A stretch of 60,177 nt of DNA, filler included, from Squatina squatina (Eukaryota): NCBI GenBank assembly GCA_031763465.1. It is 4 parts of 4 records of this genome, joined end to end, with 100 filler letters (N's around TTAATTAATTAA, not from the genome) between each part and the next. Parts side by side here need not be neighbours in the genome. Positions count along the whole stretch, not along the records: positions 1 to 16,569 come from JARFOE010000192.1; positions 16,670 to 31,430 come from JARFOE010000176.1; 2 more parts are not named here. One strand, given 5' to 3'. The notes beneath the pieces are model-generated. The model was not told the DNA's origin, made no database searches, and saw nothing but the letters and a program-made list of their open reading frames with translations. The first letter of the stretch is position 1, and each line of letters begins with the position of its first letter. The translations under genes were made by a program, and so were the position numbers. Of the stretch, positions 11,990-25,430 are shown piece by piece.

Positions 11990-14900
11990 AATAAATTCTA
12001 TTTTGCCATAGTGGGATGAGGTGCTAGAATCTAGTGATATTAAAAATAACATTAAATGGATGTTATAACACAATTGTGAATAAGTTGCATATGATACATT
12101 TTCTCCAATATCGAGGATCAGCAAATTGTGATGTAAGCTGGAGATTAAAGGTTCCATTGAAAAAAATCAAGTTTTCTCTATAATGCAGTTTGATTTGCTG
12201 ATTTTATTTTTACTCGAGATAAAATAGGTTTGTCTTTGTGATCTAATTAACAGCATTGTCCCTTTGGTTTAAATAGTTTGTTCCATTGTGTCGATTTGCA
12301 TGATTGACACTAGCATGGCAAAGTGGTCCTATCTCCCAGGATATATATAATTATTATTCTGTGTTGTCTGTTTTCCTTTTGTAAACTATATTCCAAATGC
12401 TGATGCAATTCTTTACATCTGAAGAGCTAACATAGGTGTTTGTTTTGACATCTGAAGGGTTAAAAGCTTAAGTCTGAAACCGGGCTGGAGTTCCATTGAA
12501 TTCTGGTGATTGATCAGATGAAAGGCTTGTTGTTTACTGTCTGCTCAAGAAATCCAAAATGCTGATGCAGAAAGTTTCAAGTGAAGACAAAACCAACTTA
12601 AATGTGTGTGATAGAATCCAGAAGTTTGAATCTACGGTTGACTCTTTTATTCCAACCAGAGAGCTTCCTTACAAAGCGTAATTAACCAGGCACAAACTGG
12701 TTGCATGCACCTTGATATATATTGTCCTCATTGTACGTGGTGGGCTTCTGTTATTTAATAATTGTGACAAAATATATTAGTTGCTTTAGTGTGTAAACAT
12801 CTAGTTTGAGTCTAAAACGATTGAGAGAAAGTAGTTCTTTTAAAAAATTGAAACTGTACTGTAACAGTTTAGCTCAGAGAATTTGTTAATAACAGCTATC
12901 AGAACCAATAGGGAAATCTTTTGGAAAGATGCTGCCAAGCTTTGATATGTTAATGCAGAATTTCATTGTTTTGAATGCATTTTGAAAGAGTGTACCCTTG
13001 TTCTTATGGAAATGGACAGACATGAATATAATTTAAACATCTGATCAAGTATACACTTAAAAACCATCTTTATGTGAGCTTTTCTAAGTGCTGTAGAGTT
13101 TTTTGACAGCCATTATATCCGAAAAGTTCACACCAGATGGTAGCTATTTCCCAATGAATGAAAATGAAGCTTCAAGAATTGTTACAACTTTTTCTCTCTA
13201 ATCACTCATTTTTAAATCATAAAAATCCCATCATAAACTCCTGCAAAGCCCCAATGAAAGTGAATGAGGCGTTTTGATGTTAACATTTTAAAGTCCACTG
13301 TTCTGCTGGATGAGTTTGGAAGCCGCAGCAGATTGTGAAATATATTCATTATACGCAAAAGAACAGCTGTTCTTTTTAATAAACTTGAAATTGCAAAAGT
13401 GTTTTCAGTCAGGTCAGTATNNNNNNNNNNNNNNNNNNNNNNNNNNNNNNNNNNNNNNNNNNNNNNNNNNNNNNNNNNNNNNNNNNNNNNNNNNNNNNNN
13501 NNNNNNNNNNNNNNNNNNNNTAAAAAGCCTGATATTAAAGCATGCATAACAAATCTGGAATAATAATCAGTTCAAGGACCTTGGATTTTTCAGTTAGAAT
13601 TTTTCAGCAGAAACATAAATGGACTTTTTTTAACAACCCGTGCTATTGTTTGTTGATGTGGATATTGAATAACAAGCTGAATAAAACTGGAATTTTAAAC
13701 AAACAGTTCTGTATAGGATATGATCCTGTCATGCAACATAATGTCAGGAGGTTGATGGAAAATTCATACAGTGCTAATGAGGCACATTCCGCCTCCTATT
13801 GTGTAGCCAGTCCTATCTGCCTGGGTATTGTAAGCAGTCACTATTAAAAATTTGCAGCTCCCTTAATTTATTTCCTAACTTAAATTTAAAACATTTGAAT
13901 TTCTTGGGCTTTGGTATTTTCCCATTATTCACAGTAACTTTCAAAACTGCCCTTTACAAATAATTTGCTTTTTCATGATTCATAGAGCACTGAAGAAAAA
14001 TTGGAAAGAATTATGCATATTTTAAATCATTAAATAAGTACAAAGGCAACATTAATTCTCTATGGTTGGAATATTGCTTTTGATTTATCTAAATTAATTT
14101 TGTTCTTTTGCATAATTTAAGCATGTAATAACCCATAAGATCAGAGTGAGTGGAATGCTATATTGTAGCTCAACCTCTGTCAACATTTTTGTGTTTTTTT
14201 TAAACTTCCATATACCCAGCTGACATTTTAATTCATTTTATTATTTGAGCTCTTTTTAAAATTTATTTGATGTGCTTGGGTTTTTTTTTGCTATCTCCGT
14301 TCATACTTCTGATGATCTGCGTATATAAGATCGGCAAAAGTACGATTGGGACCTCCCACGTGACCCTGGCAACATGCAGGTACAGCAGGCAGTGNNNNNN
14401 NNNNNNNNNNNNNNNNNNNNNNNNNNNNNNNNNNNNNNNNNNNNNNNNNNNNNNNNNNNNNNNNNNNNNNNNNNNNNNNNNNNNNNNNNNNNNNNNNNNN
14501 NNNNNNNNNNNNNNNNNNNNNNNNNNNNNNNNNNNNNNNNNNNNNNNNNNNNNNNNNNNNNNNNNNNNNNNNNNNNNNNNNNNNNNNNNNNNNNNNNNNN
14601 NNNNNNNNNNNNNNNNNNNNNNNNNNNNNNNNNNNNNNNNNNNNNNNNNNNNNNNNNNNNNNNNNNNNNNNNNNNNNNNNNNNNNNNNNNNNNNNNNNNN
14701 NNNNNNNNNNNNNNNNNNNNNNNNNNNNNNNNNNNNNNNNNNNNNNNNNNNNNNNNNNNNNNNNNNNNNNNNNNNNNNNNNNNNNNNNNNNNNNNNNNNN
14801 NNNNNNNNNNNNNNNNNNNNNNNNNNNNNNNNNNNNNNNNNNNNNNNNNNNNNNNNNNNNNNNNNNNNNNNNNNNNNNNNNNNNNNNNNNNNNNNNNNNN

Positions 14901-16569
14901 NNNNNNNNNNNNNNNNNNNNNNNNNNNNNNNNNNNNNNNNNNNNNNNNNNNNNNNNNNNNNNNNNNNNNNNNNNNNNNNNNNNNNNNNNGGAATGAGTCA
15001 TTCAGCGCATAACATTTCAGCTACTTCTAAAAGACCAAATTCAAATTTTTACTGACATACAATCTTCTTAATTGCTTAATCTCCTGGCAATTTTACAACC
15101 TCTTTACCTCCAACCTTTCCATTGTTGTTGATGTCCTACATATGGGCTTGGCCCTTTACTAGGTTTTTCAAAAAATAATCTCGAGACAGACAGGCAGCCA
15201 TAGTTAAAACCGCCAAGTTTTGCAAAACTCGTCAGGTGAAGACTCAATAATACCAATGGAATTTTTAGTCTTAACCAGCTATATTCTACAGTCTGAACAG
15301 GACTAGAACTGCAGCATTCCCTAAAGTATTTAATTATATTGCTGTTCGTGGGACCTTGCTGTGCGCAAATTGGCAGGCATGCTCATAAGGGGTTAAAAAC
15401 CAGCTTCCATCTTGGCCCACCTTAACAGTACAATTGTTATAGATTTTAGTCATGTTGCCTTTGCCGAATGTTTGAGGGAGGGAATAATCCATTCAGTTCA
15501 AATATAAACACTAGGATTTGTTCAATGATTTATTTCATTGGCAGCATTGTTTTTCAATTTTAATAGACAGCGATGTAAATTTGCTTGGTCCTGTGTTGCT
15601 TTCTTTGAAGGCATTTGTCCACTGGTCTTGTTCAAATTGGGGAGTCTGTCTGAAGACAGAAAAGAGATGTTCAGGCTTAAACTACTATAAAATGTAAGTT
15701 GTTTTTTGGCTGCTATTTGCTTGTTCATTTACAGTTTCAATCAATTTATTTGACATTTAAAGCTCAAAGCAAAGGTGAATGTTGTGTTATTCTCCCTTCC
15801 AAAGATGTTGAGGACCATGTGAGGGCATGTGATAAAACCAGTAACTGAAATGAACTAAAGGGGGTTCTCCATCTCATTCCTGGGCATGTTTCAAATTTGC
15901 AAGGAAATCCGAGCAAGGAAAACACTCTATGACTGAGGGAGCTGGAGCTCACCTTCGAGAGTAGTCTGAAACATAGCAGCGAAGAAAAAGTCTAGAATTA
16001 GAAAGAGTAAAGAAACTCTAAAAATGGAATGCAAGCGTGATTGAAAAAAATGTAACTAGCTGCTGTAAATGCAGCAACTCATTCATTGAGTAGTCACCTT
16101 TGGGACCAATCAAGTCTGGTGGCCTTTCTGCAATTCACTATTTAATTTGGGTGACCAAAGTTTTTTTAACAGAGAATTAGAATTTTCCACTTTTGCTGAT
16201 GTTCAGTCAAAACCTGTGTGTATTTTGGGAAAATGCCAAATAAATCTAATATTTCAGCATTACACATGCATTCCACATTAAAACATAGGACCAGGAAATC
16301 CTCTGTAATTGTGACCATACAATCATAACGTTAACTCTTTGACCTTGGCATACATTTATCCAGGACGTCAACTTGAAGAATCCATATAATGTTGGAGTAT
16401 GCACTGGCAATAAGACAGGGCACCACCATATACCCCAAATTAGAAAGGAGAACGAACTTTATTTGTATAGCATCTTGTCACATCCTCAGAACATCCAAGT
16501 GCTTTGTGACTTATTTTTCTCAAGTGCATTCACTGTTCTTGTGTCGACAAAAGTGGCAGCTAACTGCCC

Positions 16570-16669
16570 NNNNNNNNNNNNNNNNNNNNNNNNNNNNNNN
16601 NNNNNNNNNNNNNTTAATTAATTAANNNNNNNNNNNNNNNNNNNNNNNNNNNNNNNNNNNNNNNNNNNN
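16570..16669. other. Artificial scaffold linker N44-TTAATTAATTAA-N44
   Basis: The 12-mer at 16614-16625 places stops in all six frames and is centred in exactly 100 positions. The identical construct occurs three times. Confidence 0.95.
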
Positions 16670-16774
16670 CAGGTTCACCACTCTCTGGGTGAAAAAGCTT
16701 TTCCTCATCTCGGTCCTAAATGGCTTCCCCTTTATCCTCAAACTGTAACCCCTGGTTCTGGACTTCCCCAACAT
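16670..16774 (-). mobile_element. CR1 LINE 3'-region fragment
   Basis: Reverse complement of the 41230-41322 region (CAGGTTCACCACTCTC...TTCCTCATCTCGGTCCTAAA...CCCCTGGTTCTGGA). Confidence 0.85.
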
Positions 16775-16779
16775 GCCAG

Positions 16780-17620
16780 CCGTCTGCCTGATCTGATGCG
16801 GTACCAGCTACTTGTCATGGTCGTATGTCTTTGCTGTATAACTAGTGTGTTATATATTCCGTCCTAAACTCTGATTAAACACAATATGTCCACCATATTT
16901 GGTTTGCACCCGAACCTGATTATTATAACGACCAGAGATAGCCATGAAGTGATTAATTTCCAACACTGCCATTAATCGAGGACCGTTACAGGACCACCAC
17001 ACCAAGGACACCTCCATATGCAAGATTCAGAGTTGCGACTTGTTTGATTCTTATCAGCGGAAATGGGGGAGGGCTCTGCAGGGAGATAACTGGCTGAGCA
17101 AGTTTAGCGGAGACAATCTAATAGATGAATATTATGAACTACAAATATTATTACAACTAGTAGGAAGAATATCTATTAATAACTGCCATGACCACCTGAG
17201 GTGATTATCTCAAATACTGCATTGCTGCAAATCAAGAGACAGATTCCTGCTAAATAGTTTGGAATAACCCCCGAAGAACAGAGTTTTGCGGACATGTAGC
17301 CAAGATGTCTTATAGTTGACTGAGCGTTCCTTGAAGTTGAACTGGAGTACTTCTGATGAGACTCATAGAAGGCGATATAGAAGTAAGTTTCTTTTACATC
17401 TCCAGCTGATATCTAGCTCTCTGGGCGTAGCTGAAAAATTAGTTGTGCAGTAGCCAGCTTGAACCTCTTCTACCTGAGAATCTTGTTTAAAGCATTGATA
17501 TCTAGTCCCGAGTTTAGTGACCGTCTTTTTGGGAATATCAAACATCTGTAGTAGCTGCTTACTCTTTTCCCCCTTCAATTGCTACTAATTTGTTGATCTC
17601 TAATGTTGTCATTATATTGT
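16780..17620 (-). pseudogene. Decayed DIRS/Ngaro-type (tyrosine-recombinase retrotransposon) reverse transcriptase, probably continuing into RNase H
   Basis: One minus frame (17502 to 17347) reads DINALNKILR*KRFKLATAQLIFQLRPES*ISAGDVKETYFYIAFYESHQKY. It is preceded, via frameshifts, by EINKLVAIE and YYRCLIFPK(K/R)DG, and followed by LQFNF and GVIPNYLAG..LL. This fits the DIRS RT pattern YSRYFLVPKKDG..RPILDLR.LN...RFKM.T...PGDW..IDLKDAYFHI...HRKYL.F...YLDD. Confidence 0.72.
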
Positions 17621-17939
17621 TCATTTGGCTAGCTTGTTATGTGAACTGGAAGAAATAAATTTTTTCAACATTAATTTTTGAAGGCTTATTGCACTGGATA
17701 CATCAGATGATTTCTCAGTGCCACTGGATATCCGGTTTAAGCAACTGTGTGATGATAGCAGCAGGACACATTTAATTTTCCTATAACTCTTAAACAAAAA
17801 GTTAAAAGGAGGGTAATTCTTGTCTATTTTTACACACCCTTAAAGGCTCACTCAAGTCCAAGAGCAAGTGGCCACCATCTCAACAATAAGACACGGATGA
17901 AGATCTGGGGAGAAAATTCAGGAAATGTTCCATTTCAAA

Positions 17940-17960
17940 TACACACACACACACACACAC
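17940..17960. repeat. (CA)n microsatellite
   Basis: About 10 CA units seen directly. Confidence 0.9.
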
Positions 17961-18699
17961 AATTTTTTAACTCATACTTTATGAAGCAGAACTTGGTTTC
18001 TGGATTTATTTTGGAGGGTAAATTCTGTAATTTTTCTCCCAGGTCTCATATCAACTGTGCTAACAATGCACTGACCAATAAAACAAACCCATTCAAGTGT
18101 CAGCCATTCCCAATGATATCAGTGGAACTAGAAAGAAGTGCAAATATACCACCTGTGCATAACCTTCCCAGCCTGTAGGAAAGCACTAGACCATCATTCA
18201 ATAGCATGAACGTACGTTGCTGATTCAAAATGTGTTTCAGCAGAAATTAAACATATATGTTTATCTTTTTAATACAAGAGTTAAAACAAAGAACTACTGT
18301 CCTAAACTGTGGACTAGACAACCTACCAGTAACAACCACACTGCTCATGGTAGAGTTTGGGCTGCTGAGAATGGTGCCAGAAAGTTCGTCAGATCCCCTN
18401 NNNNNNNNNNNNNNNNNNNNNNNNNNNNNNNNNNNNNNNNNNNNNNNNNNNNNNNNNNNNNNNNNNNNNNNNNNNNNNNNNNNNNNNNNNNNNNNNNNNA
18501 GGGACCGGATGGCCTGCTCCTGCTCCTAATTCTTATGTTCTTATTATGCTCTGAGAAGACCAGTTGGCAGGCTGCAGGCAAAAATGGGCGAGACTGGAAA
18601 GTGGTGCAAAGAAATCATTTTATTCGTGGATCAAGACTTACACATTATCTTATCACTGTGACACTTGTGCAACTACTAATCATCTTCCTTTTCCCGCAA

Positions 18700-19700
18700 C
18701 TCTGACAATGTGCACTCCCTGTGGCTTCAACAGAGGTAGAGGCAGGCTGATCACATCCCTGCTCTGACTGCTCAGATGCCCTTGGCCGATGTCCTCTGGG
18801 TTTTGGAGCCCATTAGGGTCCCGCCAAAGACTGTTCCACCTGCAACTCTGCAGAGGCAGACTCAACCATCAGGACATGAGGCAGCATGTAGGGCTCTGCC
18901 TGGTGGGGGTGCGGGGGGAGTGGGGGCAATGTGTAAGAAGTGGGAATGCTTTGAGCAGATTCCCCACTTCAATGTCCTCTTTCACCATCATCCCTCTCAT
19001 GGCCCACCTGCACTTCCCTGCCTGCAATGAGCTATGGAGAACTTTGCTGTACATCAGTGGGATGCTGAACGTCCAGGGTTAGGTTTCGATCTATCCTATT
19101 TAAGATGGCATTCAGAGTGTGCAAGCCATGAGTGAGGACAAGCATGCACTTGTTTGAATGCCGTGTTTCGTGCTCCAAGCAGGTGGCCACTCTTTCCATG
19201 GACGGACACATCATAGCTAAGACCTGCAAAACCATACTACTCATGCTTGAGATGGACTCCTCCATTCTCTGTGCAAGCGTGCACATCATGGCTGGAAATC
19301 CTGCCAGAGCCTCGTGTATTTTTTGCTGCTTCTCCAAAATCATCCTCTTTGTTGTCAGCCCCCAAGTTTCAGCATCTGCGTCCAGCTGAGCAGAGCTTGG
19401 AGTGTCCTGCACTCTCCGGCAGGGACTCGCCACTGCTGTCACTGTCTGCACCATCTGCTCTTGATCACGCGTGATCTGTTTGAGTCACCAGGTGACAGCA
19501 CAACTATCTGCCTTGATGGACCCACCAATGTGTGTGTATCTGCGCTGGTGCATGGTGTGTATGCGTCCTGTGATGGTGCACTCTCAGACCTAGTGACCTC
19601 CTCTGAGGAGTCGCCTTCCTTCTCCTGCTCCACAACTTGTGGGACAGTTGATGGGAGATTAAAGACATGAATTAGAATTGTCATTATAACATTATGCACA
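18700..19700 (-). mobile_element. PIF/Harbinger Myb/SANT-protein gene remnant (acidic/Ser-rich and coiled-coil C-terminal exon)
   Basis: Frameshifted minus ORFs EQEKEGDSSEEVTRSESAPSQD..TSADT.. and KRMILEKQQKIHEALAGFP..LAQRMEES..SMERVA resemble the second ORF of fish/shark Harbinger elements. Related text occurs at 55960-56130. Confidence 0.55.
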
Positions 19701-22419
19701 TTACCATGTTTTACTGGCTGCTGACATCAAGTCAATATAAGTGACCGTTGTATGCCATGTGGCTGTGTGTTATTTAATTCTGTTAGCAGGTAATTGGNNN
19801 NNNNNNNNNNNNNNNNNNNNNNNNNNNNNNNNNNNNNNNNNNNNNNNNNNNNNNNNNNNNNNNNNNNNNNNNNNNNNNNNNNNNNNNNNNNNNNNNNAAT
19901 GCGTGGCACATCACTTTTGAATCAATTAAAATATGGTTAGATTGTGACTTTGTGAGGGAATATATACATAACCTCTAACATTCATTGCATCTGGAGGAGG
20001 ACAGATTGACCTTTTGTTCCCCAGCCTTGTGAAATCTGTCTGCAAATAACTAGCATGAGCACAGATGTGATATAAAAAGAGTGCATTGCAGTGTAGTTTG
20101 AATTTTTGTTTTAGGGACGGGAATGAATTAAATTCTGTCATAAATAATTAAAGACAAGATGAGGGAGTTTCAGCACCATGTGCAAATAACTTTCAGATGC
20201 TCAGGACAACCAATTACTATACTTTTGCCTGAATGGTGTGAAGAATGCTTTGGGATCTTGAAAGCCTCACATAGTGCTTTTGTGAGGAGCTCCGATAAAA
20301 CACTATCTGATTTTAAAGGGTACGATGCAGGGTGGTGTGGCGGATAATATTTCTAATGTCACAGTTACGTGATTGCAAATCTGAGTTCTGGCACTGACTG
20401 AAAATTGAATTCATCAGTATCGCCTGTGATAAGTTTTATCCACTTTCAAACAATTTTTAGCTAGGCAAACATCTGTGAGCAGAATCAGGCTTTTGGGTCA
20501 GGTGGAGTGGTGCAAGAGGAAATCCTCGTGACTCATTTGGCCAATTGGATGTGCATCTCCTTGTTATTTACTCTGCTGGAAGCTTAGGCTATGTATCTGG
20601 TTACCTGACTACTGGTAATACAGCCAAATAAGAAATATTGTGCATCATCCTGCAGACATCACCATAATGTACTACTGGTGCATATGACCCTACCTTTGTA
20701 TCAGATTTATACCATTAAAAGTCGCTTGAGCAGGTTGCTGTGCTTGGAATTGCAATGTATACTAGCAACATCTAGTGGCCGAAACTGGCCTAGCTTTGCA
20801 AATTTTCACAAAGAAAGAAAGAGAATTAGTACTTTTATACACAGTTAATTCTGAATGTCGTATCACTTTGCCGATGATGTACATGCTTCATCATATAGGT
20901 CCCGCTATTTACGGTGAGGGTGNNNNNNNNNNNNNNNNNNNNNNNNNNNNNNNNNNNNNNNNNNNNNNNNNNNNNNNNNNNNNNNNNNNNNNNNNNNNNN
21001 NNNNNNNNNNNNNNNNNNNNNNAGACATTAATATTTCTAAATAATATATAACACATTGATTGGCTGGCAGACAATTAGCAATAGGAATTCATTTTTGGGA
21101 TTAAATGGCAAACATACTGCTCAAGCATCACCGTAACCAGTTATAAACTGTCTTATAGTCCATTGCAACCCACCAATATCCTCTAAAATCACATAGTATG
21201 TGACTGCATTTGATAGGAACTAGACTGCACGATTTCAGTTTATGTCAAGAACATTGTTACAACTTCCCATATTACTCATTCCCCTTTGAAATGCAAATAC
21301 TGGCAATGCACAGAAAATTACTTTAAATGTGATAAAATATAACTGTACATTTTAAATGCTGCAATGAAAATTCTGCACTCAAAAGGTTAATTATCAAGAT
21401 TCACTTGTCACTGTATTTGGGTCCATTAGTTACTGAATATTATATGAAGCTGACAAGCAGTTGCCATTTACAGACCACATACAGGCTTTTATTTTTCCAT
21501 TTAAACATAATAACACATTATGCAAATTCGCTTGTCAAGAAAAGCTGTAAGCATGCATGAAATAAGCTGTCAAACATGACTGACTAATAAATGAATATTT
21601 GTTATTACTTTGCCCCCAAATTTCAATAGATAAAAAAACTAAAAGGACAAAAGTGATTACAGCAGCAATGTTACTTATTTTTCAATAAACATCAGGCTCT
21701 AATCCAGATTATATGAATTCTAACCTTATTGCTCATCAAGTATGACATTTTAATATGGCAATGTCAGATTTTTAAACATGACCATGAACTAGCCAACAAG
21801 GAGAATACTGTGGCAAAATGCTTGCCACACACTTATTATTATGACTGAAGGTTGAAATCCTGAGGGGTCTCAGATTATAGAATGCTGATTANNNNNNNNN
21901 NNNNNNNNNNNNNNNNNNNNNNNNNNNNNNNNNNNNNNNNNNNNNNNNNNNNNNNNNNNNNNNNNNNNNNNNNNNNNNNNNNNNNNNNNNNCCTGACAAA
22001 TAATGGAAAGTGGCCAATAATTGGGAGTGAAAAGAAACATGTCCATTTTTTTTACATTCTGTTTCATTTCAAGTCTTACTCTTCTCAAGTTGAAAAGACT
22101 TGACAAGAAATCGAATGTAAAGAGAGAGCCTTCGAGAAGTTGCCCCTGCACTCCTCTTAACAGCTGATCGGTATGTTTCTCCTGCTGAACCTGGTTCTCT
22201 TGATCCTTTCCCCCGAGCGATTATCTCCCAACTGCAGCCACTGCTTTGCAGACTGACTGAGAAGTGCATCAGAAGTGCACCTGCCAGTTCGAGTCGCAGA
22301 GCTGACACACCTCTCCAGCTATCTGTTCAGATCATTGTTTCACCTGTGTCAGCATTAATATACAGATACTGGCATTAGCAGCATATACAGATTAGCCTTT
22401 GTGTGCACAAAATAAAAGT

Positions 22420-23001
22420 TTCAAAAGGGTATTTTTTGTCTGGCCAGCTGCCTACCGTGCCTTTAAATGGCACCCTGCGAGTGGCCGGTCGCCGTGTTTG
22501 TGACCCTTGGAACAGTTGCTGCCGCCGCCTGGTGTTGCTTCCGCCGCCTGGCATTGCTGCTAGGGTCGCTAGGGAATTTGCTGCCGGGTCGCTCAGGGAG
22601 CAGTGTGCACGGTGATGATGTCACCATGCACTGCCGAGCACTGCACTGCTGACAGGAGCAGGGCACTGCTTGTGAGCACCGCTGCTATCCACCGGCCGAA
22701 TCCCGTGGCGGCCGGCTAGAGCACCGCTGGCCGCCGCAAAGCACTGACCGCCCTGGGAGCGCCTCCCGGAGGTGCTAACCGGGTGAGTTANNNNNNNNNN
22801 GATAATGTCATCACTGTGCACCCACCGATCGCCTCGCTGCCGGCGGGAGAACGGCGCCGCTTGTCAGTCTCGCCGCTGTCCTCTGGCCAAATTCCACGGC
22901 AGCTAGTTGGAGCGACGCCAGCCACCGCAAGGACGTTATCGTCCGGGAAGCACCTCCCAGTGGCGCATCCCGGGCGTACCCGGATGGGGAATTTCGCCCC
23001 C
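22420..23001. mobile_element. GC/CpG-rich non-autonomous DNA transposon (Harbinger-like), right portion
   Basis: Abrupt GC-rich island ending GGGGAATTTCGCCCCC, with an internal repeat GATGATGTCACCATGCAC / GATAATGTCATCACTGTGCAC. Confidence 0.55.
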
Positions 23002-25019
23002 ATAATCTTTTGGGTGAGTTATCATTTCTACGAGATCAGAATTAATATATTTGTGGTTTAGTGTCGTGCAGTGCAGAATGTGCTGTAATATAAACCTGCT
23101 TTACATTGGCAATCTCTTCTGTTTCAATGTTTGTTTTAATATTCAATTTATAGAAGGTGACCATATATATTATTAAAGGCATTGCACATGAGGCAACAGA
23201 CCTGACTCTGCAGTGATGTATTGCCTGGGGTAAGGTAAAAAGGTTTCATAAAACACCCAAGGTAATAGCAGCAGCTTTGACAAGTGAAGTCTGTCATCTT
23301 TCTTCACAATGAGAACAGTGCAGTTTGCTTGTGATTATAGACTCCTATTGATTTCCAATTTTCACCAGACATGCTTCAGTCCCTATGGGCCTGCTGTGCC
23401 GTTGCATTTGTATCAGTCCCGCAGTGCAGAATCAATACAGCGATATAATGGCAAAGCACAGCTGCAATGCACTCCTCTTTCTATGTTCAATCTTGGATTT
23501 TATTGCAAAGTCCTGTCAGTGATTTCTTTTTAGCAGGACTTCTCGGATTTGGCGGCTCAAACATGCTTTCAGCTAAACCATGCTATGTAATCCCCTCAGT
23601 TAACATCTGTACATAAATATAATCTGGCTATGTTGGACAAGTCTGGACGACAGTTGCTGTGCTCTACCCTGGGATCTTGCACCAGATTTGCATGTGCATT
23701 AAAAAANNNNNNNNNNNNNNNNNNNNNNNNNNNNNNNNNNNNNNNNNNNNNNNNNNNNNNNNNNNNNNNNNNNNNNNNNNNNNNNNNNNNNNNNNNNNNN
23801 NNNNNNNNNNNNNNNNNNNNNNNNNNNNNNNNNNNNNNNNNNNNNNNNNNNNNNNNNNNNNNNNNNNNNNNNNNNNNNNNNNNNNNNNNNNNNNNNNNNN
23901 NNNNNNNNNNNNNNNNNNNNNNNNNNNNNNNNNNNNNNNNNNNNNNNNNNNNNNNNNNNNNNNNNNNNNNNNNNNNNNNNNNNNNNNNNNNNNNNNNNNN
24001 NNNNNNNNNNNNNNNNNNNNNNNNNNNNNNNNNNNNNNNNNNNNNNNNNNNNNNNNNNNNNNNNNNNNNNNNNNNNNNNNNNNNNNNNNNNNNNNNNNNN
24101 NNNNNNNNNNNNNNNNNNNNNNNNNNNNNNNNNNNNNNNNNNNNNNNNNNNNNNNNNNNNNNNNNNNNNNNNNNNNNNNNNNNNNNNNNNNNNNNNNNNN
24201 NNNNNNNNNNNNNNNNNNNNNNNNNNNNNNNNNNNNNNNNCATTCTGACTCACTTGTGATACTGGGAATGAGTTGGCATGGAGACAATAAATTGCCGCAA
24301 CATCTAAAATAGGTGCCAACAAATTATAGCCAGTCAGAGAAAGAAACAGTAATGTTTCTAGTTTGCACTGAAGCATCATGCAGTATCACAAGCAAGGTAT
24401 AGTTGTTAGCCTTTGTTAACTCATATCTCTGTTATAGCATTATTGGTATCATTTTCTATAGAGTTTAATATAAAAATATTGGAGACACTTTAATAAATGA
24501 TGAACTTTAAGAGCTACTGTCACACAGAGATATGGGCATGGTACATGCAAGAACCCATTTAGTTTAGTATTCCTTTAGAATTTTTCAAACAGCATCTGAG
24601 GAGTCTTGGGTCATAGATCAGTTTTGAAAAAAAATCGTGTGCTAGGTCAAAGGTTACACAAGATGAATGAATTTATTGATAAATGAAAGTGAAGACGGAG
24701 ACTGATTTATATTTGATTAAAATGGGTAATGGGCTGTAGCCCAGAATGAGAAACTGACACACCATCACCATCCATTTACTAAATGTACTTGAAAATCCTC
24801 AGACCTGTTTCAGTACAGAAATAAAATACCATTTTCCCTCCCTGTGTGCGAACTGCCAGACCATTAGGGATTTCTCTAACTCAGTTATTCATGTAGTCGT
24901 TCAGTTATGAATAGATAACAAGTTAAAAAGAACAGAAAACAGAATAATAAAAATATACTCTGTAAAGCCATTACCAATATTCAGTGATAAACAACCATTT
25001 GAAAGAATGACTTGCAATA

Positions 25020-25430
25020 TGGGACCTAAATTCATTAGTTCCCGAAAACAGGCGTGATCCGTGCAGCGCGGTTAAGGTGCACCAGAGCAGAGAGGCAACG
25101 ATGACCATCCTAGATCTGTCCTCCAGCCTCATCATCATGATCGCAGCTCGCCCAGGCCCTTCGAATTTCGTCCGGCATTGTTGAAGCCAGCTAAGGTGCA
25201 CAGACGAGTCCTGAGAGGGTGGGGAAATCGGGCTGGCCGGGAGTTTCCACAGTATTAATGTGGAGGTACGAGGAGCACTCCTACTTCTTGTGGCTCGCAT
25301 CAGGCAAGTTGAAGAAAAATGACCTGCAGGTCTCTTCCATAGCCTCCAGTGGTCGCTTTAAGGACCGCTGTAGAGCCTGAGAAATTAATCAGAGCTTGCG
25401 GGAGTTACGGGAAAGGGTCCAGCATCCCAT
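25020..25430. mobile_element. Harbinger-like MITE fragment
   Basis: Starts GGGACCTAAATTC and contains the GAGGAGCACTCCT.CT.CT motif that recurs in this MITE class (compare 49185). Confidence 0.4.

Noticed and set aside
14305-14372. C/D-box snoRNA or small exon (DRQKYDWDLPRDP)
   Set aside because: A TGATGA box is present but there is no canonical CTGA D box or terminal stem. There is no clear donor, and it runs into CR1-like MQVQQAV sequence.
14267-15055. Long ORFs here and at 23596-24379
   Set aside because: They consist almost entirely of N-derived X residues.
16953-17203. Plus-strand open frame suggesting an endogenous virus
   Set aside because: No viral motif recognised; the opposite strand is better explained by a DIRS RT/RNase H.
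22073-22175. Exon candidate with a good acceptor and G|GTATGT donor
   Set aside because: All frames hit stops; at most a non-coding exon, and unsupported.
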